This document shows, piece by piece, positions 1 to 7,455 of a stretch of 11,471 nt of DNA. The stretch's first letter is position 1, and each line of letters opens with the position of its first letter. The notes beneath the pieces are model-generated. The model was not told the origin of the DNA. It saw only the letters and a program-made list of their open reading frames with translations, and ran no database searches. The stretch lies in the IMG/VR virus record IMGVR_UViG_2585427783_000001, positions 1 to 11,471 of that record. One strand, 5' to 3'. The translations under genes were made by a program, and so were the position numbers. The stretch comes from a virus. Its lineage: Duplodnaviria; Heunggongvirae; Uroviricota; Caudoviricetes.

Positions 1-616
1 GTTATACGAATCCGGCAGAATAACGGAAGCCGCGTGTATGGCTCATGTCCGGAGAAAAATCCACGATGTGCATGCAAGAGCGCCCACCTACATCACCACG
101 GAAGCCCTGCAGCGTATCGGTGAACTGTATGCCATCGAGGCAGAGGTCCGGGGCTGTTCAGCAGAACAGCGTCTGGCGGCAAGAAAAGCCAGAGCCGCGC
201 CACTGATGCAGTCACTGTATGACTGGATACAGCAACAGATGAAAACACTGTCGCGTCACTCAGATACGGCAAAAGCGTTCGCATACCTGCTGAAACAGTG
301 GGATGCACTGAACGTGTACTGCAGTAATGGCTGGGGGGAAATCGACAACAACATCGCAGAGAACGCCTTACGGGGAGTGGCCGTAGGCCGGAAAAACTGG
401 ATGTTCGCGGGTTCCGACAGCGGTGGTGAACATGCGGCGGTGTTGTACTCGCTGATCGGCACATGCCGTCTGAACAATGTGGAGTCAGAAAAGTGGCTGC
501 GTTACGTCATTGAACATATCCAGGACTGGCCGGCAAACCGGGTACGCGATCTGTTGCCCTGGAAAGTTGATCTGAGCTCTCAGTAAATATCAATACGGTT
601 CTGACGAGTCGCTTAC
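1..616 (+). mobile_element. IS66-family insertion sequence, right-hand portion (rest lies left of the window)
   Basis: The transposase ORF is open to the window edge. About 30 bp after its stop the sequence ...GTCGCTTAC ends at 616, the reverse complement of the GTAAGCG terminus I recall for IS66-family inverted repeats. The integrase-derived sequence starts immediately after. Exact boundary is inferred. Confidence 0.55.
2..586 (+). CDS. IS66-family transposase (TnpC-like), C-terminal part; 5' end outside window
   Basis: Frame is open from position 2 with no upstream stop. Translation carries the conserved IS66 transposase C-terminal block ...[11 protein letters not shown]...[46 protein letters not shown]... 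Stop at 584-586. Confidence 0.85.
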   Translation, partial: LYESGRITEAACMAHVRRKIHDVHARAPTYITTEALQRIGELYAIEAEVRGCSAEQRLAARKARAAPLMQSLYDWIQQQMKTLSRHSDTAKAFAYLLKQWDALNVYCSNGWGEIDNNIAENALRGVAVGRKNWMFAGSDSGGEHAAVLYSLIGTCRLNNVESEKWLRYVIEHIQDWPANRVRDLLPWKVDLSSQ

Positions 617-1394
617 GCTTGGCAAGCCAGTGCCGGAGTATAAACCAAAGCTGGCAAGCAAAGGAACGAAGACGCGGCATCTGGCAATACTTCGCGCTAT
701 TCTCAATATGGCTGTTGAATGGGGATGGCTTGACAGGGCGCCCAAAATATCAACACCACGCGTTAAGAATGGACGAATCAGATGGCTTACAGAGGAGGAA
801 TCGAAGCGCCTGTTTGCAGAAATTGCTCCTCACTTCTTCCCTGTGGTCATGTTTGCAATCACGACAGGCCTTCGCCGTTCCAACGTTACAGACCTTGAGT
901 GGTCACAGGTCGATCTGGATAAGAAAATGGCATGGATGCACCCTGATGAAACAAAAGCTGGCAATGCGATTGGAGTTCCTCTTAACGAAACCGCATGCCA
1001 GATATTAAGAAAACAGCAGGGGCTCCATAAGAGATGGGTATTTGTCCACACCAAACCTGCCTACCGAAGCGACGGAACAAAAACAGCAGCGGTAAGGAAA
1101 ATGAGAACCGACAGCAACAAGGCATGGAAGGGAGCGTTAAAGCGGGCAGGCATTAGCAACTTCCGCTTCCATGATCTGAGGCATACCTGGGCAAGCTGGC
1201 TGGTTCAGTCCGGTGTCTCTCTTCTTGCACTTAAAGAGATGGGAGGATGGGAAACTCTCGAAATGGTTCAAAGATACGCCCACCTTTCAGCCGGGCATCT
1301 CACCGAGCACGCGAGCAAAATCGATGCGATTATAAGTCGCAATGGCACAAATACGGCACAAGAGGAGAACGTAGTTTACTTAAATGTGAGGTAA
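617..1394 (+). pseudogene. int: Tyrosine recombinase / phage integrase, 3' fragment truncated by the IS66 insertion
   Basis: Translation ends with the catalytic signature of tyrosine recombinases (...FRFHDLRHTWASWLVQSGVSLLALKEMGGWETLEMVQRYAHLS..., the R..HxxR..Y box) preceded by ...ITTGLRRSNVTDLEWSQVDLDKKMAWMHPDETKAGNAIGVPL... Only about 255 codons remain and the N-terminal DNA-binding domains are missing. The frame runs upstream into IS66 sequence with no plausible native start (the ORF track starts at a GTG at 630). Confidence 0.8.
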
Positions 1395-1408
1395 CTTATT
1401 GATTTAAA

Positions 1409-1454
1409 TGGTGCCGATAATAGGAGTCGAACCTACGACCTTCGCATTACGAAT
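1409..1454 (-). tRNA. 3'-terminal 46 nt of tRNA-Thr only (att-core remnant, not a functional tRNA)
   Basis: Reverse complement of 1409-1454 reads ATTCGTAATGCGAAGGTCGTAGGTTCGACTCCTATTATCGGCACCA, which matches as recalled the anticodon-loop-to-CCA part of E. coli tRNA-Thr(CGU) (thrW). Similarity stops at 1455, and the 5' acceptor strand, D-arm and anticodon stem are absent. It lies 14 bp after the integrase stop, convergent with it. Confidence 0.7.
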
Positions 1455-1837
1455 TATAAGAATCCGCTTCTAATTCAAAGCATTACCCCATCAACACTGC
1501 GCTCACACGTCCCACCACATCAAAACATGTAAAGCCTTGCAAGCCATTGCGAGGCTTTATGTGTCTCAGTTTTGTCCCACCTTTTATTACGACTTGCATA
1601 GCCAATGAAGATAAACGTGACGACAAACGGCGCAGCAATCTTCCTTTCTTTCACACTTTCCCAACCCAGCATGTATACTTTTCTGCCATAACTAAAGTGA
1701 ATGCCTGTTATGAGCAACAAACAGGCATTAGCGCCGCTAGCATATTAGCTACCATTCGACTGCCACACTTAAGATTGATTTCTTAAGTATAACCCGGTTT
1801 CTAATACTACTTATATATTCAGCTCTGAGATTCATTT

Positions 1838-4800
1838 TTATCTCGTAAAGCTAGTTTTATGACTTCCTGTTAGCTGACTGTCTTCATAATAAAATGCTCC
1901 ACTAAACTCCTGTCGACCATAATGATGACTTGATATGAGTGAGCCCCCTATAACGCCCTTTTCACCTAATAATGTCCAAACGATTTCAAAACCATTGTCC
2001 CTTAACATTGTTAAAAATGGTTCTTTTTTAACAAGTAGATGCGGCTTTGAAGCATATACAGCTTCAGCTGCAAAGCAAACCATAGTTCCATTTTCATCAT
2101 TGAAGCTACCCTCTACTTCCCCACTTTTTAATCCCATCTTTTCAAAGATTAAGTTACTAGGCTTCAAAAAATTCAAAGTTTCTATTTTTGATTTGTCGAA
2201 CTCCTCTTCCCACAAATAATTAATCGAAGTGACACTAACATCAGCTATCTTAGCTCCAGACTCCCGGTCTGTTACCGAAGTCCAGTCAGATCCACCATAA
2301 TAATCTGATTTAAAAGACTTAAATGCTTCGGACCAATAGTACTCCCTATTAAATAATTGGTATCTATCAGTACATTCCGGCATCCACCTGCCCATAAAGT
2401 CTTGAGCTATTGCCCAACATCTAAAATTTTCAAATTCTTCAACTTTAACGATATAACTTCTGATCTGATACCAAACCTCTTTTCGTGGGTGCCCCCAATC
2501 ATCGTTTCCAATAATTTTTGGTTCTTTCCATGATGGATGACTTTCTAATACTATCCATTCATCACCATTATCATCTTTAACTTCAATAAAAGCATATGAA
2601 TTAGTTATAGTAGTAGAACTTTTAACCCAGTCTTCATTAGAGCAAGTCCAATCAAACACTTCATCATTAAGCCACCACATTTCTTTATTGCTTATTTTTT
2701 TCGTTCCAGTTTCTTTAAGTAAGATAGTGGGATCTATATCTCTTACGTAAGGCTCCCATGGCCCTTGGTATGGATTTTCCTTTCGTTCGTCACCATAACC
2801 TTCAAAACGAGTAAAATTATCGGCTAGCCTTGCCATGTATTCATAATAAGCAATCCATTGGTATTTTTTACCAATCCGTTCTTGGAATGCCTCTCTACGT
2901 CCACGTCCAGTTCCTATTTGTTGGTCAAAATTACCATGCTTCTCCGGATCCCAACCAAGCTCTATAACACGATTGAATATAAATTGTTGAGCTAGTCGAA
3001 GATCAAAGTGTTTATCAGTTTCCAGCAGATTATTATTATGATCCAGGTATGGCTCTATTTCATTTTCAAACTCACTTAACAGATCGTATGACAATGAATT
3101 CTTAAATAATTTCTTGCTCGCCTTTATTTCTTCCTGTGCTTTTCTACCGACCACACGACCAAATTTAATTCCTTCGCATTTATCATCATAAATGAAAGGA
3201 TCTGTGGCATCATACAAGTCTTTTTGTTGATCAGTTAGTTTACATTTGAAAGTTTTAAAAACTTGCTTACGGTCAACAGGGGTTTCATTAAACTTGCAAC
3301 CAGACCAATCAGAATGATTATAATTTGTTCCAATAGTATATCGTGAAAAGTCACCATCTTCCATAATAGAGCTCCAGAGTTCCCGATAAGGTTCTTTATC
3401 ATAAAGGGACTCTAGTTCCTCTTTTGAAGGAATCTTGTCAGGCCAAATGCTGTTGTAGGGTGGTCTAGTCTTGGATAATTCAATGCTTTCAAGTTCCAAT
3501 CCAAGATGATTAGCAAATTCAATAATCTCTCTAGCATAATCTCTAAGTAATATATTTGGATACACATACTTAGAACAAAATACCTTTTGGTAAACAGTTT
3601 CGGCTAAATATTTTAGTTCTTTAATATTATCAGTTCGCAATGTACAGCCTAATGCAACTGCAAATATTCTTTCCCAAACGTAAGGATCATTTACACCATA
3701 AAACTTATCAATTATTTTTCTCAATACAGGAATTCTTGGCTCGAGTAAACTCACTAAAGCCTTAGTTGAGCAATCTCGAAGTTCTCGGTTACTAGAAGTT
3801 AAAAACCAGCATAAACTAGTTGCAACTAGCTCGATTGACTCATCCGAAACAAAGCTTTTATCTGTTCTGGCCCATGCCCAATCGATTAGATGCCTAAATG
3901 CTGAGTCTTCACTATATTTATATTTAAGTTCTGTAGTCCAAAACGAATCTCGATTTGCCAAAGAATAATCTTTTAGCCAATCATGCAAGAAATTAGCATT
4001 AAAGGGATGGCCAACTAAACCTGAAATAGAGATCACTGCCTCGAGGAAATGATCAAAACTATCTTTAAATTTAAAAACATGTTCATTGATGAAAGGTCTA
4101 ATTTTTTCGAAATAAATAGCCTTAATATCGCGCCATATCAAGCTATCAATAAAGGCTTCTAGTAATTTAAGATTATTGCTGAACTCCGGCAGAAATTCAT
4201 AAAGCTCTTTTTCATACCTTTCTGGCAATTGAATAGACAACGCCTCTACTATTCCCGATTTTATATAAAAATCACATTCATCATGAAAATATTTTTTCAG
4301 ACGACCATCAGGCTTAAATTCACTTTCGATATTTTCAACATCATTTAATAAAAAATTAACAGTTAAATGATCATCAAACCTTTCAAAAGCCACATAAACT
4401 ACTTCCTCAGTAGAATTATCATCATTTCTCACTATGCCTTTAGTCAATAATCCTTCGTCAATCAAGGCGCTGAGGAAGGTTTTATCAGCAACATAATCAT
4501 TAACTACAGATTGAACCACTGAGTGAGCATCTTTAAGTGAAATACTATTACGACCAATCTCTAATTTGAATTTTATGATTTCATTGAGAGCATCTTTAAC
4601 AAGAGGAAAACTGGGATCGAATGCATATTTTTTTGGCGATGCTAATGATTTATTTACCCCTTCAACTAAAAAGTTAAAAATATTTGAAATCCCATTAAAT
4701 CCAACAGGCACTTTGGTTAAACCATTTTTCTTAATGCCTTCACACAATAACTTAAGAAATAGAGGATTTTTAAACTCTGGATTAAGGTTAGGAGATGAAG

Positions 4801-5443
4801 GCCTCTCAATATTGTAATAATCATAAAATAGACTAACCGCTTCCAACTCAACGTTCTGGAATCCAATATGTTCATGAATTTCAAAATTATTTCGCACAAC
4901 ATTCTCATGTGAAATTGTTACATTTCTATATGTTGTTCTGACTGACATTATCAGACCAAGCCATTCAAAGCATCTGATTTCATCGACAAAACTGTTAATA
5001 TTGTCATTCCAGAATTTATTTCCATTACCTTCATTAATAGCATCAATAAAAACTAAGACTCTTTTTCCTGTTTTTTTGCCATATAAATTCAGTTTTTCTA
5101 GGAATTCACGAGAAGTGATTTTAAGCTGTAATCTCTTGAAGATTTGTGACCATGGAGATTCATCTGAAGTAAGTTGTTGCCCTAGTATGAGTAGTGAAGG
5201 ATACCCAGAAGCAATTCGATTTTTAATCACATCAGCCAGTAAATGAGACTTACCAATTCCTGCTTTTCCTTCGAGAAGTAAGAATGGGTTGTTAGCCAAC
5301 TTCACTGTTGTTGAATTAATGAATATACGTAATTCATTGCACGCATAGTCAAATTCCCGAAGCATTCGCAGAGTAGATGAATACTTATCACTGTAATGCT
5401 TGGTTTCACCTACTTGCTCTGACTTTTCTCGGAGTTCCCACAA
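1838..5443 (-). CDS. Large P-loop NTPase of the STAND class (NACHT/NB-ARC-like) with a ~1000-aa unassigned C-terminal region; candidate antiphage protein
   Basis: Uninterrupted 1201-codon ORF. Walker A GKAGIGKS (aa 59-66, nt 5246-5269), Walker B-like hhhhDxxxE VLVFIDAINE (aa 129-138) and sensor-1-like IMSVRTT (aa 165-171) occur in the order and spacing typical of STAND NTPases. Low GC. The start codon is uncertain: the track uses a TTG at 5443, and the first in-frame ATG is codon 27 at 5365. Confidence 0.8.
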   Translation of the reverse strand: MWELREKSEQVGETKHYSDKYSSTLRMLREFDYACNELRIFINSTTVKLANNPFLLLEGKAGIGKSHLLADVIKNRIASGYPSLLILGQQLTSDESPWSQIFKRLQLKITSREFLEKLNLYGKKTGKRVLVFIDAINEGNGNKFWNDNINSFVDEIRCFEWLGLIMSVRTTYRNVTISHENVVRNNFEIHEHIGFQNVELEAVSLFYDYYNIERPSSPNLNPEFKNPLFLKLLCEGIKKNGLTKVPVGFNGISNIFNFLVEGVNKSLASPKKYAFDPSFPLVKDALNEIIKFKLEIGRNSISLKDAHSVVQSVVNDYVADKTFLSALIDEGLLTKGIVRNDDNSTEEVVYVAFERFDDHLTVNFLLNDVENIESEFKPDGRLKKYFHDECDFYIKSGIVEALSIQLPERYEKELYEFLPEFSNNLKLLEAFIDSLIWRDIKAIYFEKIRPFINEHVFKFKDSFDHFLEAVISISGLVGHPFNANFLHDWLKDYSLANRDSFWTTELKYKYSEDSAFRHLIDWAWARTDKSFVSDESIELVATSLCWFLTSSNRELRDCSTKALVSLLEPRIPVLRKIIDKFYGVNDPYVWERIFAVALGCTLRTDNIKELKYLAETVYQKVFCSKYVYPNILLRDYAREIIEFANHLGLELESIELSKTRPPYNSIWPDKIPSKEELESLYDKEPYRELWSSIMEDGDFSRYTIGTNYNHSDWSGCKFNETPVDRKQVFKTFKCKLTDQQKDLYDATDPFIYDDKCEGIKFGRVVGRKAQEEIKASKKLFKNSLSYDLLSEFENEIEPYLDHNNNLLETDKHFDLRLAQQFIFNRVIELGWDPEKHGNFDQQIGTGRGRREAFQERIGKKYQWIAYYEYMARLADNFTRFEGYGDERKENPYQGPWEPYVRDIDPTILLKETGTKKISNKEMWWLNDEVFDWTCSNEDWVKSSTTITNSYAFIEVKDDNGDEWIVLESHPSWKEPKIIGNDDWGHPRKEVWYQIRSYIVKVEEFENFRCWAIAQDFMGRWMPECTDRYQLFNREYYWSEAFKSFKSDYYGGSDWTSVTDRESGAKIADVSVTSINYLWEEEFDKSKIETLNFLKPSNLIFEKMGLKSGEVEGSFNDENGTMVCFAAEAVYASKPHLLVKKEPFLTMLRDNGFEIVWTLLGEKGVIGGSLISSHHYGRQEFSGAFYYEDSQLTGSHKTSFTR

Positions 5444-5536
5444 TATTGATACCGCTCCGCCAATAGCTGTCTGGCAGCTAGAAACATAGTTATTAAATTT
5501 ATTTATAGGGATTTCATCTAATTTAGAAAAATTAAT

Positions 5537-6292
5537 CTACTGATATATATCAGAAATTTCTTTTAAGGACTGATTTATTTCAAATAATTCTGAGGAAATT
5601 ACATCGCAACTATGTAATTTCTTTCCAGCGACCAGAAAGCTATCTATATGCGAATAAAATATTTTAGAAAAATCATTAGTTCTACCGAGGCCATCAAATA
5701 TCTCTGCTATTTCTAGCTTTACGTTGAGTTCGGGTGTGTATCGACCTCCCAAGTCAGCTATTGCTTGACTATTTTTTTCATTTAACCAATCATCACTTAA
5801 GTGAAAAGTTAGTTTCTCATCTATAGACCGTAAAATAAGTTTGACTTGAATGAGCTCTTCATTAATATCGAATATTTTTTCTTTATACGTTTCTTCGATA
5901 TGTAGCTTTTTTAACTTCGAACAATTATTGATTTTTAATGATAACATCCCATAAAAAAGGCTGAGTTGTTGTTGAGTTGGGGGAGTGACGCTTGGATATT
6001 CTTTGAACTTGTCTAATAACATCTCTTTGTCAGGGAACTCTTTAAAAAGGATGTACTCATTCAACATCTCAAACAATGGTTTAGAATGATAAAATGGAAT
6101 TGCTCCACTTTCTACTGGATATGTTTCTTCAAACTCAATTGCCGTCTCTTCAATTAGTTGATATAATCTATCCACATATTTTTCTGTGGGGAATAATGCT
6201 TTCTTAATCCAACTATATCCTTCTTGAGAAATGAATTGATCAATAAGTTTAGTTGCTACATAAGTTGCCACTGTAATTGATATGGGTTCCAT
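5537..6292 (-). CDS. Hypothetical protein (251 aa), upstream partner of the STAND NTPase; possible detached effector or N-terminal domain
   Basis: ATG at 6292 is preceded by GGGAGA about 8 nt upstream, a good Shine-Dalgarno. Same strand and same frame as the downstream NTPase gene, low GC. I see no catalytic motif in the translation. Confidence 0.7.
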   Translation of the reverse strand: MEPISITVATYVATKLIDQFISQEGYSWIKKALFPTEKYVDRLYQLIEETAIEFEETYPVESGAIPFYHSKPLFEMLNEYILFKEFPDKEMLLDKFKEYPSVTPPTQQQLSLFYGMLSLKINNCSKLKKLHIEETYKEKIFDINEELIQVKLILRSIDEKLTFHLSDDWLNEKNSQAIADLGGRYTPELNVKLEIAEIFDGLGRTNDFSKIFYSHIDSFLVAGKKLHSCDVISSELFEINQSLKEISDIYQ

Positions 6293-6460
6293 GATTAGCT
6301 TCTCCCAACAATTAAATTTTTACCAAGCGTTTATGCTTTCCAATAATTATTACATCTCACCGTAAAACATATTTATATGGTTTTAAACCTATCTATAAAT
6401 CTTGACACCTTGGCAAGAACCTAATCCTACATTTTAATATCAATCTATATAATATCGCCA
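6293..6460 (-). promoter_or_regulatory. AT-rich upstream region likely holding the promoter for the 251-aa ORF / STAND NTPase operon
   Basis: Non-coding AT-rich stretch directly upstream of the first gene of the minus-strand pair. Several weak -10/-35-like hexamers are present, for example TATAAA on the minus strand near 6373-6378. No element can be placed with confidence. Confidence 0.25.
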
Positions 6461-6814
6461 GCGTCATAATAATCGGGCTTGTCATAGTTAAGTATTCGCC
6501 TCCGATATCCCAATGAGATAAGTAAGTCATAAGTGTTATAAATGAAAAGGTTACATTTTTCAAAGAGTTATTATGATGGAATATTATTCAAAACGCAATG
6601 TAGCTGAAACGAGTCTGAGTTTAACATCCGCTCCTAGTACATAGTAGTCCTAGGGACAGTGGCGTAAAGTCATAGATGGCCGGTGGGAGGTGATGGAAAT
6701 CCTCTCATGCAAAAAATACATAAAATCGATAACGGCTGGAAATCATTCAATACTCGCACTATCGAAAGTTCACCAGCCAACCGCGCACAATCTTGCATAC
6801 GACATGCTACGGTT

Positions 6815-7369
6815 TCATTTATCTCCGACCGGAAACTTCTTATACAGTGTCGATATACCAACATCATAGATGATCGCCACCTTCTGGCGAGGAACGCCTG
6901 ATGCAATTAATCGCCCGGCCTGCGCCCATTGTTCTGGTGTAAGTTTGGGACGACGTCCCCCAATTCGTCCCTGTGCGCGAGCAGCTTCCAGTCCAGCTTT
7001 TGTTCGTTCAACAATCAGTTCTCGTTCCATTTCAGCCAGGGCACCCATCACATGAAAGAAAAAACGCCCCATCGGTGTGCTGGTATCAATAGCATCCGTC
7101 AGGCTGCGAAAATTAACGCCACGTTCGCGCAACTCCTCAACCAGAATGACCAGATGCCGCATACTACGCCCCAGCCGATCCAGTTTCCAGACCACCAGAG
7201 TGTCACCTGCCGATAATGTCCTGAGCAGTTTTTTCAGTCCCGGTCTTTCGGACTTCGTACCGCTTATCTTGTCTTCAAAAATCAGTTCACATCCTACACA
7301 GTTCAACGCATTACGTTGTAGATCGGTGTTCTGGTCATTTGTTGATACGCGAACATAGCCAATAAGCAT
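6815..7369 (-). CDS. pin: Serine DNA invertase of the Pin/Gin/Hin/Cin family
   Basis: Translation MLIGYVRVSTNDQNTDLQRNAL...DTLVVWKLDRLGRSMRHLV...[28 protein letters not shown]...GRIGGRRPKLT... is a canonical small serine recombinase with catalytic Ser in YVRVST and a C-terminal helix-turn-helix. The ATG at 7369 has GGGGGA about 6 nt upstream. The ORF track begins 12 codons earlier (MASFLLLPGGST), probably not the real start. Confidence 0.9.
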   Translation of the reverse strand: MLIGYVRVSTNDQNTDLQRNALNCVGCELIFEDKISGTKSERPGLKKLLRTLSAGDTLVVWKLDRLGRSMRHLVILVEELRERGVNFRSLTDAIDTSTPMGRFFFHVMGALAEMERELIVERTKAGLEAARAQGRIGGRRPKLTPEQWAQAGRLIASGVPRQKVAIIYDVGISTLYKKFPVGDK

Positions 7370-7455
7370 GGTAGATCCCCCAGGTAAAAGCAGGAATGAT
7401 GCCATTTGCTCGTTATTTCTGCATTTTCATAAACCTTGGTTTGGGAGAAGGTGCT
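7041..7455. repeat. Left arm of a ~415-bp inverted repeat (invertase 5' region plus crossover site)
   Basis: Reverse complement of 9164-9578 aligns base for base with 7041-7455 (coordinate sum 16619) with only a few mismatches: two amino-acid changes in the invertase and CC versus TG inside the crossover site. The right arm is cut at 9578 by IS100, so the original repeat may have been longer. Confidence 0.8.

Noticed and set aside
93-477. Minus-strand ORFs 93-464 (123 aa) and 256-477 (73 aa)
   Set aside because: They lie antisense inside the conserved IS66 transposase coding region; the translations are Arg/Ser/Pro-rich and low-complexity, typical of spurious antisense frames.
619-1054. ORFs 619-1008 (+, 129 aa) and 830-1054 (-, 74 aa)
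   Set aside because: Alternative-frame and antisense overlaps of the integrase fragment, whose own frame carries the recognisable catalytic motifs.
1409-1484. Possibility of a complete tRNA gene on the minus strand
   Set aside because: Only the 3' 46 nt match tRNA-Thr. The adjacent sequence cannot form the acceptor stem (no GCCGATA complement), D-arm or anticodon stem, so it is a fragment.
1520-1786. ORFs 1520-1720 (-, 66 aa) and 1547-1786 (+, 79 aa) in the spacer between the att remnant and the NTPase gene
   Set aside because: They overlap each other on opposite strands, have no convincing ribosome-binding site and no recognisable features, and span the palindrome at 1700-1729. Most likely non-coding, though a small protein cannot be excluded without expression data.
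1935-5246. Plus-strand ORFs 1935-2219, 4566-4817, 5001-5246 and minus-strand ORF 4717-4908
   Set aside because: All lie inside the 1201-codon NTPase ORF in antisense or alternative frames; the long uninterrupted frame with NTPase motifs is the real gene.
6573-6644. Short plus-strand ORF (about 23 codons, MMEYYSKRNVAETSLSLTSAPST) in the AT-rich region between the invertase and the 251-aa gene
   Set aside because: Too short, no clear Shine-Dalgarno, and in AT-rich DNA where chance ORFs are common. Not supportable as a gene from sequence alone.
6670-7358. ORFs 6670-6906 (-), 6683-6901 (+), 6870-7055 (+), 6929-7216 (+), 7077-7358 (+)
   Set aside because: They overlap or lie antisense to the invertase gene or its 3' flank and have low-complexity translations; the invertase frame explains the region.
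7369-7405. 12-codon N-terminal extension (MASFLLLPGGST) on both invertase copies in the ORF track
   Set aside because: Characterised Pin/Gin/Hin invertases start at MLIGYVRVS. The internal ATG (7369 / 9250) has a well-spaced GGGGGA Shine-Dalgarno, whereas the upstream ATG lies within the crossover-site leader.
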